A stretch of DNA of 64,000 bases. Source: a virus. The stretch's first letter is position 1. The number at the start of each line of letters is the position of its first letter. The notes below the pieces were generated by a model. The model had not been told where the DNA came from, made no database searches, and saw only the letters and a program-made list of their open reading frames with translations. Below, piece after piece: positions 27,856-37,011 of the stretch. The translations under genes and the position numbers were made by a program. The stretch spans positions 1 through 64,000 of the IMG/VR virus record IMGVR_UViG_3300025030_000068; one strand, 5' to 3'.

Positions 27856-27870
27856 TACGTCCTCTTCCCT

Positions 27871-28539
27871 TTATGTTGTTTTAAGGAGTCGCTCTTCTTT
27901 GCTGTGACATTTTGAACACAAGGTTATAAGGTTCTCCATGCTGTGAGCCTCTTCTGGGGTATCGAATAGCCTGAATGGTTTTTTGTGGTGGACATGCAAC
28001 CTCTTCCCGGTCTTCCCACACTTGGTGCATTTATTCCCGTCTCTTTCCCTTGCTTGCCGGCGGATTCGATCCCACCCGCCGTAATAGGGTTGCGATCCGT
28101 CTTTGCATAAATAGCCACCCTTCCATCTAGGATGATTTTCTTTTGACCAGTTCAAAGATTTCCACGTCCCGAAGCATTTAGTTGAACAAAAGACTGAGTT
28201 CCTCGTCTCTATTTGGTCTCTATTTCTGAAAAACTTTTTGCTGCAAATTATGCATTCCCTTTCTACCGGGCCGCCTTTCCATCTCTTTGTGTTCTCTCCT
28301 GTAACTGCCGCTCGCTGTAATTTCATCCTGCATTCAATAGAACAACAGTCTTTGGTCCTTCCGCTCTTCCGAAGGATGTCGCTTATCGTTTTATAAAAGT
28401 ATTCACCGCATGCATGGCAGGTTACTTTCACCGACAATCGTATCCTTCCATTTCTCGCTATTCGGATCGGCTCATTTATTATCCCGATTGTTTTGAGCCT
28501 TTCTTTGTATTCTTCTATTCTTCTGTCCATCTCCGTCAC
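27871..28539 (-). CDS. HNH endonuclease with Zn-binding repeats
   Basis: RDGNKCTKCG..LHVHH...NLITLCSKCH; low GC. Confidence 0.85.
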   Translation of the reverse strand: MTEMDRRIEEYKERLKTIGIINEPIRIARNGRIRLSVKVTCHACGEYFYKTISDILRKSGRTKDCCSIECRMKLQRAAVTGENTKRWKGGPVERECIICSKKFFRNRDQIETRNSVFCSTKCFGTWKSLNWSKENHPRWKGGYLCKDGSQPYYGGWDRIRRQARERDGNKCTKCGKTGKRLHVHHKKPFRLFDTPEEAHSMENLITLCSKCHSKEERLLKTT

Positions 28540-28553
28540 GCCTTTTGCCCTCC

Positions 28554-28979
28554 CTATCTCTGTATTTCCCGCAGGCGGATAATCGACGCGGCAATGTAGT
28601 TGATGGCACCGAGGCGTTCGGCGATGGCAGCCTCCGTGGCGAGACGTTGGCTCTCCCAGAGTTTCTTGGTCGCTTGCCCTACCGGGTAGCCGTCGCCGAC
28701 GTTGCGGGTGATCTCCAGTATCGGCTGGTCGACGAATGGCTTGCCGTTGGCGTGGCGCTCCTTGCCCTTCCCTTGCTGGCTTTGGTCAAGCGCCTGCTGC
28801 AGCACTTCGGCAAGGGGCTCGTAGCCGGGCTCGATCGTCTGGCTGTGTTCCCTCTTAGTTCCGTAGTCGATCAGCATCCCGTCCTTGCCGCAGGTCGGGC
28901 AGTCTATAACTCGAAAATTTGCGTCTCCGGTGTTGTGGATCGTCGCGTCAAACCCGCAGTGGACACATTGGACTCGCAT
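28554..28979 (-). CDS. Phage hypothetical protein with N-terminal Zn ribbon
   Basis: CVHCG..CPTCG; GYEPLAEVLQQALDQSQQGKGKERHA. Confidence 0.6.
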   Translation of the reverse strand: MRVQCVHCGFDATIHNTGDANFRVIDCPTCGKDGMLIDYGTKREHSQTIEPGYEPLAEVLQQALDQSQQGKGKERHANGKPFVDQPILEITRNVGDGYPVGQATKKLWESQRLATEAAIAERLGAINYIAASIIRLREIQR

Positions 28980-29142
28980 CTGTTCTCTCCTCACTTGCTT
29001 TTGTCGCTGGGCTCGATTTCTTTGCAGCTGAACCACTCCGCACCGCACTCGGTACAGCGGTACAGCGGGTCTCCGGGGTTGCAGGTGTCGAGCGGATGCT
29101 CGTCGGCTACCTTCTTGGCTTTGCCGTCGCAGACGAAGCATG

Positions 29143-29796
29143 TCATGACTGGCAGCCTCTGGCGCCTTCCGGACAGCTCCCGCGCGTGCAGCCCGGTCCG
29201 GCGTCTGCGAATAATGCGGGAGCAATGCGCCTGCATGCGTTCAGCATCTCCTTCGCCATTTCCCGGATCTCCCATTGGGCACGGCTGCAGCAGCGCAGCG
29301 AGAAGAAGTGGCGCAGCTCTCTGGCGTTCATGGTCATCACCAGTTTCGTCTCGGCGGCGTTCGGGAGGACGAAACGGGCGTCTTCGGCGGGCACTCCGGC
29401 GTGGATCAATTCGTCGTAGAAAGCGAAGGCCTGCAGTTCCATGAATTCACGGTAGGCGGCCTCGTACCCGGCGGCGGAGATGCTTTCCGGGATGATGTAG
29501 TTAGCATCCTTCGTCCGGACATACCGTTGGCTCTGCTGCGAGAATGAAGCGACCCGGTGTCGCACCAGCTGGTGCGAGCAGGCCCGGCTGATTCCATCGA
29601 CGGCGAAGGTGAAGCTGGCGTGCTCTGCGACCGACTCGTGTCCCATGCCGAGAACTTTCCGCAGCAGGAGAATGTCGCTGTCGGTTGTCGTGCCGGGGAC
29701 AATGGCTGCTGGCATCCCGGCGCTGTAGCATACCCTTGCCGCGTAGGCGCAGACCGCTTCCGGGTCCGGGGTGTGGGTAACTAGTTGGACTTTCAT
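29143..29796 (-). CDS. thyX: FAD-dependent thymidylate synthase
   Basis: GHESVAEH, SRACSHQLVRHRVASFSQQSQRY, EDARFVLP, LRCCSRAQWEIR. Confidence 0.95.
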   Translation of the reverse strand: MKVQLVTHTPDPEAVCAYAARVCYSAGMPAAIVPGTTTDSDILLLRKVLGMGHESVAEHASFTFAVDGISRACSHQLVRHRVASFSQQSQRYVRTKDANYIIPESISAAGYEAAYREFMELQAFAFYDELIHAGVPAEDARFVLPNAAETKLVMTMNARELRHFFSLRCCSRAQWEIREMAKEMLNACRRIAPALFADAGPGCTRGSCPEGARGCQS

Positions 29797-29990
29797 GGGC
29801 TCTCCTCGAATAGTGTCATCTGCCCCTCGCAGGTCCGGGCCTTGCGTTTGCGGTCCGCTCTGGCTGCTCCGAGTATCTTGCGCAGACAGGTCTTGCCGAT
29901 GCCGATATGGATCGACTCCGGGTCTGTCAGTTTTCGGTTGCAGCGTCGACAGCGAGTGCTTTCGGCTTTTGCTTTTCCCATGATGTCCAT
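29793..29990 (-). CDS. DUF6011-like Zn-binding protein
   Basis: RCRRCNRKLTDPESIHIGIGKTC. Confidence 0.7.
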   Translation of the reverse strand: MDIMGKAKAESTRCRRCNRKLTDPESIHIGIGKTCLRKILGAARADRKRKARTCEGQMTLFEESP

Positions 29991-30400
29991 CCGTTATCCG
30001 TTCTCTTCTCGACCATCTGCCAGTATAGGAGCGCTCCGGTTTCGCGGATGTTCTCACCTTGGTATTTCTTCGTCGGGCTGGGGTCGTGGACGACGACGCC
30101 ATTCATGTCCATCACCACCGCGTGGGTTTTGCCTTCAAAGTTCTTACTTGGAACCGCAGCGTCGAAGTATCCCTCGATGCTGTCTTCGAAGAGTAATTCC
30201 CGCTTCCCCGGATATCCCGACCCGCAGCACTCGTAACCCATCGACCAGAAGAAGCACGTCCAGACGTTTTGCCATATCCATTCTGGCAGCAGGATGAAGT
30301 GCGGGACCGCTTCCAGTTCCAGATCGAACAGGCTGGCGACGACGGCTCGCATGCAGTCTCCTCGGCCTTGGTCGTGAATTGATTGTTCGACTTTGGTCAT
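29927..30400 (-). CDS. Papain-fold peptidase-like protein
   Basis: Q...GDCMRAVVASL...HAVV...VHDPSP (Cys-His-Asp order). Confidence 0.55.
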   Translation of the reverse strand: MTKVEQSIHDQGRGDCMRAVVASLFDLELEAVPHFILLPEWIWQNVWTCFFWSMGYECCGSGYPGKRELLFEDSIEGYFDAAVPSKNFEGKTHAVVMDMNGVVVHDPSPTKKYQGENIRETGALLYWQMVEKRTDNGWTSWEKQKPKALAVDAATEN

Positions 30401-30613
30401 GCTTTTCTCCCTGTGTTTTACTGGCCAGCGGCAGGGGGTACCGGAGATCACATCTCCAGCTCCCTACCACCGGCCTCCGTTTGCGACCGGATGTGGTCCT
30501 GCTCTCTCAATGAGGCCAGCAGTCGTCGCGAGGTTGAATGGTTGCGGTGCCGACGACAGCAGTTCCCGCTTCCCCTATGCCTTTGCTGTTGGGTGCCTCT
30601 GGGGGTTCTGTAT

Positions 30614-30778
30614 TTATCCTTCACCGACGATAGTCTTGTCCCGGCGGTAGCCCGGCACGCTCGGTACTCGATCGGCCACACACTTGCAGACTTCGCAGGT
30701 GGTCTGGACGTGGGAGTGTGGTGCGATCTCCTCTTGCCGTTGGCCGCAGAATCGGCACTCGTAAGTGTAGAGCGGCAT
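30614..30778 (-). CDS. FmdB-family zinc ribbon protein (54 aa, not in ORF track)
   Basis: MPLYTYECRFCG...TTCEVC...ADRVPS. Confidence 0.7.
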   Translation of the reverse strand: MPLYTYECRFCGQRQEEIAPHSHVQTTCEVCKCVADRVPSVPGYRRDKTIVGEG

Positions 30779-31341
30779 TATCCTTTGATCTCCTTGTAAA
30801 TACGCAGGACGCTATCGGCGTACCGGACTGCCGCCGGCCCTTGCCCGTTGTAGCGGATCAAGGCTTTTCTTATGCTGCCGTGCTGGCCTATCAGCGTCCG
30901 GATCACTCTCTCCGCCTGTGCTGCCTGCCCGAACACGTCCGCCGGGACATGGCCCCAATACTTCGCCCGGACTTGCCATGCGCCCTGTTCCCCAGCGGTT
31001 CCTCTCGGTGACCACGGGTTGGCGTTGCTTTCGATGGTGGCGATAGCTGCCAGCAGGAAAGGGTCAGCGCCTGCCTCGACGCACGCTGCGGCGATATCGG
31101 CGGAGCCGATAGACTTCTTTGCGTTGAGGTAGGTGATGATCCTTGACTCGACGTCCTTCTGCTTCTGTTCGTACTGTTGCTTCTCTACTTTGAGCTGTTG
31201 GATCTCGATGCGGAGGCGTGAGGTTTCCCTCTCGTTGTCTATCGTCTTGACGATGTGATAGGAGAGGGCGATCGCTGAGACAATGATTCCAATAATAATG
31301 ACGTCGAGGAGCTGGTTGGTGGCATCGTTTTTCCTGTTCAC
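30778..31341 (-). CDS. Membrane-anchored lytic transglycosylase (SLT domain)
   Basis: N-terminal TM, coiled coil, AIATIESN, GEQGAWQV, ALIRYNG. Confidence 0.8.
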   Translation of the reverse strand: MNRKNDATNQLLDVIIIGIIVSAIALSYHIVKTIDNERETSRLRIEIQQLKVEKQQYEQKQKDVESRIITYLNAKKSIGSADIAAACVEAGADPFLLAAIATIESNANPWSPRGTAGEQGAWQVRAKYWGHVPADVFGQAAQAERVIRTLIGQHGSIRKALIRYNGQGPAAVRYADSVLRIYKEIKG

Positions 31342-31845
31342 GGTTTTCTCCTGATCGTGATTTCGAGCCCATCGACTCCGGGGACGAGGTGTGGCTGGTT
31401 CTTGTCACAGCCCATTGTGACCCATCGTTTGTGCTGTCGCTTGTGCAGGTCGCAGACGAGGTGGTTTACTCCTTCGACTTCAATCTTCTGGCCGTCCCAT
31501 GCCCGGTGACCACACCTCTGGACAGCGCAGAGCGAGGGGAAAACGGGATGCTGACCGTCAGTCACCGGGTTGTTGCGTTCATAGACAATCTGTCCCCGGT
31601 TGATCCTGGCGCTGCAGTTGACGCAGACATATTCGACCCCCTTGTGGATGAGTCGTGGGTGGACCGCCAGCACGAGGTGCGTCACCATGAGCGTTCCGCC
31701 GCAGACGGAGCAGGTGCGGCAGCTCAGGCATCGGCGGACGCCATGCCGCTTGCACCATTGCCGGTCGGCGTTAATGCACTCCGGGTGGATGCCGTCCTTG
31801 AACGACATACGGGCGTAGCGCTGCCGCTCCCGTGGTCCCAGCGGA

Positions 31846-32460
31846 TCATCGCTTGAGTTTGATCCATTCATTGAACCGGTCGACAAGGGCGGTGAACTCC
31901 TCACGGTTGATGTCTGTGCAGCTGGCGACGTTAAAGTGTTCCTTGAAACATGCCTTGCAAGTCTCCGGGCTATCAATACTTCTGGCTGCTGGCCAGAAAA
32001 TTATCTCTCGCAAAAAATCCCAAAATCTCTCGTTGCGGAACCAGCCGACATGCAGCCCCTTGATTTCGTGCGAAGTCAGGGGGGAGCTGTTCTGTCTCTT
32101 TTCTGGTACCGGCACGTCGCTATAGCTGCGGATAGTCATGGTAATGCTGGTATCGGGAAGGGCGGTGATCATCGGGCCGATGCTCGCTTGTTGCTCGAAG
32201 CATGTCTCGAAGGAGAGAAAGAACTTTTTACCTTTGTGGGGGACGTCGACGATGAAGGCCGGCGAGATGGTGATGTTGATCTCCCCTTGTATTTCGATCT
32301 CGACCTTGCTGTCGATCAGGCCGGTCAGTTGCGAGGGGAGTTCCTTTTCTGTGGGGATTTCAACGAGGCAGCGCCATGCCTTCTGCGACCTCATCCACTT
32401 TCGTTCAACGAAGCGGCAAGGAATGACTAAATCTTTCGATATAGGGAACACTTGAGGCAT
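31846..32460 (-). CDS. Hypothetical protein
   Basis: 204-aa ORF in operon; operator copy within its first codons. Confidence 0.55.
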   Translation of the reverse strand: MPQVFPISKDLVIPCRFVERKWMRSQKAWRCLVEIPTEKELPSQLTGLIDSKVEIEIQGEINITISPAFIVDVPHKGKKFFLSFETCFEQQASIGPMITALPDTSITMTIRSYSDVPVPEKRQNSSPLTSHEIKGLHVGWFRNERFWDFLREIIFWPAARSIDSPETCKACFKEHFNVASCTDINREEFTALVDRFNEWIKLKR

Positions 32461-32700
32461 ACGCTTGCCGCTTTCTTATTTTTCCGGGCGGGGGGAGGGA
32501 ACAACGGATTCAACCGCCGTCCCCGTCCCCGCTCCTGTTAGTTTTAGTTCTGGCACTCTTTGGCGGTACAGGTGGGACAGATAAACGCCTCGATCATCGC
32601 CGTTTGTACGTTGTTCTGCTCTGCGTAGATCGCCTCTTCGAGATTCAACCACAGAGGTCGTTGCTCTCTGGTCATGGTTGCCAGTAGCGACTGTTCCGCG

Positions 32701-33075
32701 TCAGAGCGTTGCTGGCTGTTCTTTCCTCTTCCGGATTCCGCGATTTCCGAGAGCCGTTCCATGTCCTTCTTTGGGCACTGTGCCATTCCCTTTTCCTCCT
32801 ATTGTTTTTCTACCGAATTTCCCGCCAACCTGCATGCTCTCCAAGGCGGCGAGGATATGTGGCACCATGAACTTGTTCGGCTTCCCCGGTATATGCGGGA
32901 GCATTTTGCGGCGGCATAAGCGCGTGACGTGCGTTTCGCTCCAGCCAGTCATGCGGGAGACGTCCCCGGTATCGAGCAAAAGCTGACCGATGCCGAGGAA
33001 GAGGTTGAGCCGTTCCTCCGCTTCTGGAGACGAGAGAAGAAAAGCAGTAATCTTTGCCTCAAGATGGTCCGTCAT
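32701..33075 (-). CDS. Excisionase-like HTH protein
   Basis: LLDTGDVSRMTGWSETHVTRLCRRKMLP; divergent from integrase. Confidence 0.6.
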   Translation of the reverse strand: MTDHLEAKITAFLLSSPEAEERLNLFLGIGQLLLDTGDVSRMTGWSETHVTRLCRRKMLPHIPGKPNKFMVPHILAALESMQVGGKFGRKTIGGKGNGTVPKEGHGTALGNRGIRKRKEQPATL

Positions 33076-33076
33076 G

Positions 33077-33298
33077 TCAAGCGACTTTACCGCAATCAGC
33101 CGGCTTATCGTCGGAAGGGACAAGGCCGTCCCGGCGCAGGGCCGCGACATAGGACGACACGACCGGGCCGTTACTCGTCCATTGACCCCGCAGGAACATT
33201 TTAAAGGTGTTCAGGTTGAATTTGTTCGCCCGTGCGTATCCGGCGATAGAAAACCCGCGTGCAAGTAATTTCTGTTTTGCCAGTTCGACGTTGACCAT
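33077..33298 (-). CDS. Cro/Ner-like small DNA-binding protein
   Basis: KQKLLARGFSIAGYARANKFNLNTFKMFLRG; first gene after the operator-overlapped promoter. Confidence 0.6.
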   Translation of the reverse strand: MVNVELAKQKLLARGFSIAGYARANKFNLNTFKMFLRGQWTSNGPVVSSYVAALRRDGLVPSDDKPADCGKVA

Positions 33299-33329
33299 GT
33301 TCTTGCCCCTTTGGTATATTTGCGAATTG

Positions 33330-33358
33330 ATAGTAACTGCTCCCGTTCCCTATGTCAA
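33330..33358 (-). promoter_or_regulatory. Strong sigma70 promoter/operator (probable lytic switch promoter)
   Basis: TTGACA-TAGGGAACGGGAGCAGT(17)-TACTAT. Confidence 0.75.
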
Positions 33359-34551
33359 AGGTTTTTATGGCGAAAATTTACGCGCACAAACAGCACGGGT
33401 GGCAGTTGCGTTTCACCATCTATTTTGCTGAACAAAAGGTCGTCCGCTACCGCTTCAGCCGGTCTCGCGACGAGATGTATTCCATGCACCGGGCAGCGGA
33501 AATGCTGGAACTCGCCAGCCGTCGCTGTGACGCCTCTTTCCGTGAGGTGGAGGTCGCCGTCAACCTCGGTCTGATCTCCAGTTCCGAGGCGGTCCTGCTG
33601 ACTGGCGGAAAACGATCGTCGTCCTATGATCTTGATCTGGTCATGGAGCGCTGGTCGGTCTCCTCCTCGTTGCTCAACTCCCCCTACGGTCATGGAGTCA
33701 ACCTGCGGCGTGGTGTCCGTCTGCGCCTCTGGCTGGAAGCGAACCCGATCCCGACGCTCGACGACGCTGCCGTGAAGAGATATATCCAGAGGCGCCGAGA
33801 CGGGCTGCTGACCTATCCCCATCCCCGGACCGGGATCACCGTCGTCGGCTGTTCGACCAAGACCATCACCAATGAGCTGCAGGTGCTACGGGCGATCATT
33901 GACGAGGCCGTGAAGCTCAAGATGGTCGACATGAACGTGGCTCGGTCTGTCGATCTCCCGGTGAAGAAGTCAAAGTTTCGACGGTCCATGTCGATGGATG
34001 AGGTTTCGGCGCTCCTTGAAGCCGCCCAGCAGTCTCGGCACCTCTGTCATGGGTATGCGGTCGAGGTCTTGTCCTGTGCTGTCTATGCTGGCCTGCGGCG
34101 CTCGGAGATTCGGACCCTGCAGTGGCGCGACATCGACTTCGACAATGGTCGTATCCGGATCGTGCAGAAGGCGGTACCGGGCGAGGATGATTTTATCCCC
34201 AAGGGTGGCAATGCCGGCGTGACGACGCTGCCGGATCGCCTTGCCGAGATTCTTGAGCAGGTAGAGCGCAAGGGGGAGTGGGTCTTCGGTGGAGAGAAGC
34301 CGCTGGTTCTTACCGCGTTTTGGCAACTTTTCAAGGAGGTGGCGTCCCGTGCCGGGCTCCCCTCGGATTTGTCGCTCCATCACGCTCGCCATACCTACGG
34401 GTCGTGGCTGCTCCGCATGACCGGCGATCTGTCGTATGTTCAGTCCGAAATGCGGCATACCGATATCAACACGACGCGGAACTACATGCATACGACCGCC
34501 TCGGAAAAACCGGCCCGGCTGCTCGACTTCGGCATCAAAAAAAAGGATTAA
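33352..34551 (+). CDS. int: Tyrosine integrase
   Basis: GLRRSE (R), PKGG (K), HHARH (HxxR), MRHT, TTRNY (Y). Confidence 0.93.
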   Translation: MSKVFMAKIYAHKQHGWQLRFTIYFAEQKVVRYRFSRSRDEMYSMHRAAEMLELASRRCDASFREVEVAVNLGLISSSEAVLLTGGKRSSSYDLDLVMERWSVSSSLLNSPYGHGVNLRRGVRLRLWLEANPIPTLDDAAVKRYIQRRRDGLLTYPHPRTGITVVGCSTKTITNELQVLRAIIDEAVKLKMVDMNVARSVDLPVKKSKFRRSMSMDEVSALLEAAQQSRHLCHGYAVEVLSCAVYAGLRRSEIRTLQWRDIDFDNGRIRIVQKAVPGEDDFIPKGGNAGVTTLPDRLAEILEQVERKGEWVFGGEKPLVLTAFWQLFKEVASRAGLPSDLSLHHARHTYGSWLLRMTGDLSYVQSEMRHTDINTTRNYMHTTASEKPARLLDFGIKKKD

Positions 34552-34583
34552 ATGGTGGGCGGGCAATCGGATTTTTTTGGGCG

Positions 34584-34844
34584 TTTTGGTAGTTCTTTGG
34601 TAGCTCGTTTTATGCGTTCCTCTTTTCTCTTTAATTCCAAGTTCTTGCAAAAAGTCCGCGCGGGTTCGATTCCCGCAGGGATCACCAGTTAACCGCTATA
34701 AAAGCCACATATAAAGTTGCAGTTTTCTTTGCTTTTTTGCGTAGATACCGACTTGACAGTGGCTTTTATGGTTTTATCATTCTTTTGTATAGGGATCGAT
34801 TAAGGCTTATTGTAGCCGAGAAGCTTGGTACTTTTTTGGTACAT
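34584..34844 (+). mobile_element. attP: tRNA 3'-end core (34659-34687) flanked by arm-type repeats
   Basis: CGCGGGTTCGATTCCCGCAGGGATCACCA is a T-arm, acceptor 3' strand and CCA; paired TTGGTA direct repeats at 34584-34605 and 34824-34844. Confidence 0.8.
34753..34780 (+). promoter_or_regulatory. sigma70 promoter for the repressor
   Basis: TTGACA-16-TATCAT, followed by a degenerate operator TTTGTATAGGGATC. Confidence 0.55.
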
Positions 34845-34864
34845 GTGGAAAAGGAGGTTTTGTC

Positions 34865-35467
34865 ATGGTCTCTTTGAGTGGTGTCGTCCATGATCTTCGT
34901 CGTCAATCTGGTCTCGGTCTGCGCGAGCTTTGCCGCAAAACCGAGCAGACCGGGAGTCTCTCAGGGCCGTTGTCGATCGCCTATCTTTCTCGGATTGAAA
35001 ATGGCGGTGTGCATAACGATCTGTCGAAGGTCTCGATTGACAAGCTCTGGGCGCTGGGGGTCGCTCTCTCTGTCGACCCTCTCCTCCTCTTCGTCCTCAA
35101 GGCCGAGCTGCCAGCGAAGTATCTCGATCATGAGACGCGGAAGTCGCTCTTCGATGTTCGCGATGTTCCCGACATGCGCTTCGGCGAGTACGTCCGCAAT
35201 CTTCGCCATGCACTAGACCTGTCGCTGGCCGATGTTTCGAAGGCGGCCAAGGTCGACCCGGCTCGCTTCGGCATCTCTCCCGGCTATCTGTCTCAGGTCG
35301 AGACGGGAGACGACGACCTTGTTTCCAAGGTGACCGGCGAACGGTTGTGGGCTCTGGGCTGCATCTACCGGGTTGATCCTCTGGCACTCTTTTGTCTCAG
35401 TCGCGGCATAACACCGTTGCTGGTTGCTCGCTATCGCAACTCCCTGTTTGGTAAATTCTCGCTTTGA
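34865..35467 (+). CDS. Putative repressor with two tandem XRE-type HTH domains
   Basis: Internal duplication: LRRQSGLGLREL..SIAYLSRIENG..KLWALGVALSVDPL and LRHALDLSLADV..SPGYLSQVETG..RLWALGCIYRVDPL. Confidence 0.75.
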   Translation: MVSLSGVVHDLRRQSGLGLRELCRKTEQTGSLSGPLSIAYLSRIENGGVHNDLSKVSIDKLWALGVALSVDPLLLFVLKAELPAKYLDHETRKSLFDVRDVPDMRFGEYVRNLRHALDLSLADVSKAAKVDPARFGISPGYLSQVETGDDDLVSKVTGERLWALGCIYRVDPLALFCLSRGITPLLVARYRNSLFGKFSL

Positions 35468-35497
35468 TATAGGAGACGGATGTGATACTCTCCGGGC

Positions 35498-35761
35498 ATG
35501 AGTGATCGTGACCCGGAGTACCGTGCTTTTATCCGGCAGCAGCGTTGTCTGTGCTGCCCTGCTCCTGAGTCTATTCATCACCACCAGCCGCGTCGGTTTC
35601 ATGGCTCTACCAGCATGAAGTGCTCCGACTATCGCTGCGTTCCCCTCTGCTACATCCACCATGACGAGTTCCATCGCACCAGTTGGCCGTTTTACGCCAA
35701 GTATGGCATCGACGTCGAGGCCGAGATCGCCCGGCTCAATGCCCTCTATTTTTTTGCCTGA
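35498..35761 (+). CDS. DUF968/HNH-like small nuclease-fold protein
   Basis: EYRAFIRQQRCLCC..HH...KCSDYRCVPLCYIHHDEFH. Confidence 0.7.
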   Translation: MSDRDPEYRAFIRQQRCLCCPAPESIHHHQPRRFHGSTSMKCSDYRCVPLCYIHHDEFHRTSWPFYAKYGIDVEAEIARLNALYFFA

Positions 35762-35777
35762 CGTGTTCCCCATATCG

Positions 35778-35816
35778 AAACCACCAGTTAGCGTCGGTTT
35801 CTTTTCATGATTGAGC
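35778..35816 (+). promoter_or_regulatory. Phage-specific promoter-like repeat, copy 5 (abutting operator 35765-35778)
   Basis: GTGTTCCCCATATCG-AAACCACCAGTTAGCGTCGGTTTCTTTTCATGATTGAGC. Confidence 0.7.
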
Positions 35817-35850
35817 AGCTTTGTCTGCCAACACCCCACAGGAGGTTCCT

Positions 35851-36219
35851 ATGTCACAACCAGAAAAAGTGTCCCTTGCTACCCTACGCGGTGGCGCCGC
35901 CGTCGAGCAGTTCGATGCCGAATTGCTTCGTGTCCTTGAGAATGTCATCGACATCAATACCGACGGCAAAACGCGCACCGTCACCCTCGCCGTCAAGATC
36001 ACCCCGGACAAGAATCGCAGCTTCTGCACTGTCGAGGTCTGCGTCTCGTCCAAGCTCCGCCCGAATGAGTCGTTTGAAACGCAGATGTATCTTGGCGTGC
36101 AGAACGGCCTGCCGTTCGCGATGGAGCACAATCCGGAGCAGATGACTCTAGAGTTAAATTCGCAGGTGACGAAGTCGTCACTTCCCGTTATCCAATTTCC
36201 CATTGCCAAGGAGAACTAA
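35851..36219 (+). CDS. Conserved phage hypothetical protein
   Basis: GGAAVEQFDAELLRVLENVIDINT..RTVTLAVKITPDKNR; RBS AGGAGG. Confidence 0.7.
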   Translation: MSQPEKVSLATLRGGAAVEQFDAELLRVLENVIDINTDGKTRTVTLAVKITPDKNRSFCTVEVCVSSKLRPNESFETQMYLGVQNGLPFAMEHNPEQMTLELNSQVTKSSLPVIQFPIAKEN

Positions 36220-36222
36220 CCG

Positions 36223-36942
36223 ATGTTGAAGGCCGCTATGGATCTGTTGTTGTCGCTCAAGACCCCGCCAACCATTAGTATTGATGATCGGACCTATTCG
36301 ACTCTTCCCCTGTCACCGTGCAAGGAGCCAGCTCCGCCTAGAGTAGTCTTGCACTCCCTCTCTGGCCTGCGGGATTGCATCAAGGGGTTCAAGACCCGTG
36401 ATCGGTCGTTGGTCGATCGCGACTTTTTCGTGTCGATCGACTCGCCGACGTGTGTCTCTGTCGTCAGTACCTGTGAGGGCGACTTCAACGAACGTTTCAC
36501 CTTGGTACAGGCGACCACAGCGCATGATGATTTTCCGTTCGGTCGTTACATGGAGCAGGAGGAGTTCGTCATCGCTCTTCAGACGATGTTCGTGCAGGAC
36601 GATGCGCTTCGAGCTGTCCTTGGTGTCGCCGGCAATCTTTCGGCAGCAACGGATGTTAATGTTCAGGACGACGGCGTGACCCAGAAGGTCACGGTGCAGC
36701 TCGGTGTCGTGCAGAAGGCGGTTGTATCCGTCACCAATCCGGTCACGCTGAAACCGTACCGGACCTTCCTTGAGGTGGAGCAGGCTCCGTGCCAGTTGGT
36801 TTTGCGCTTCAAGAAGGGTCGTGATGGCGGGGCTCCTTCGTGTGCTCTCTTCGAGGCCGATGGCGGTCTGTGGAAGATCAAGGCGATGGAGAATTGTGCG
36901 GCGTGGCTTTCTGATAATGGCGTTGCCGACGTCCTTTGCTAA
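36223..36942 (+). CDS. Conserved phage hypothetical protein (partner of the upstream gene)
   Basis: DDGVTQKVTV, NPVTLKPYRTFLEVEQ, ALFEADGGLWK. Confidence 0.7.
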   Translation: MLKAAMDLLLSLKTPPTISIDDRTYSTLPLSPCKEPAPPRVVLHSLSGLRDCIKGFKTRDRSLVDRDFFVSIDSPTCVSVVSTCEGDFNERFTLVQATTAHDDFPFGRYMEQEEFVIALQTMFVQDDALRAVLGVAGNLSAATDVNVQDDGVTQKVTVQLGVVQKAVVSVTNPVTLKPYRTFLEVEQAPCQLVLRFKKGRDGGAPSCALFEADGGLWKIKAMENCAAWLSDNGVADVLC

Positions 36943-37011
36943 TCATCTCGTGATTGTTAACCGGAGCTGGTGTCGTTTGGCATCAGCTCCTTTTTTCTGG
37001 AGGTGTTTCAA

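Noticed and set aside
12467-28539. HNH genes as intron- or intein-encoded elements
   Set aside because: Both (12467-13111 and 27871-28539) sit between intact ORFs, and no split host gene is evident, so they look free-standing.
29797-30102. N-terminal extension of ThyX
   Set aside because: Overlaps two other genes; ThyX homology begins at MKVQL (29796), which has an RBS.
34659-34687. Complete tRNA gene
   Set aside because: Only the T-arm, 3' acceptor strand and CCA are present. The upstream sequence cannot form D or anticodon arms, so it is treated as an att core.
34681-34696. ATCACCAGTTAACCGC as an eighth promoter repeat, or evidence that the repeats are att relics
   Set aside because: Shares only CACCAGTTAA and lacks AAAC and the GGTTTCTTTTC block at the right spacing; probably coincidental with the tRNA CCA end.
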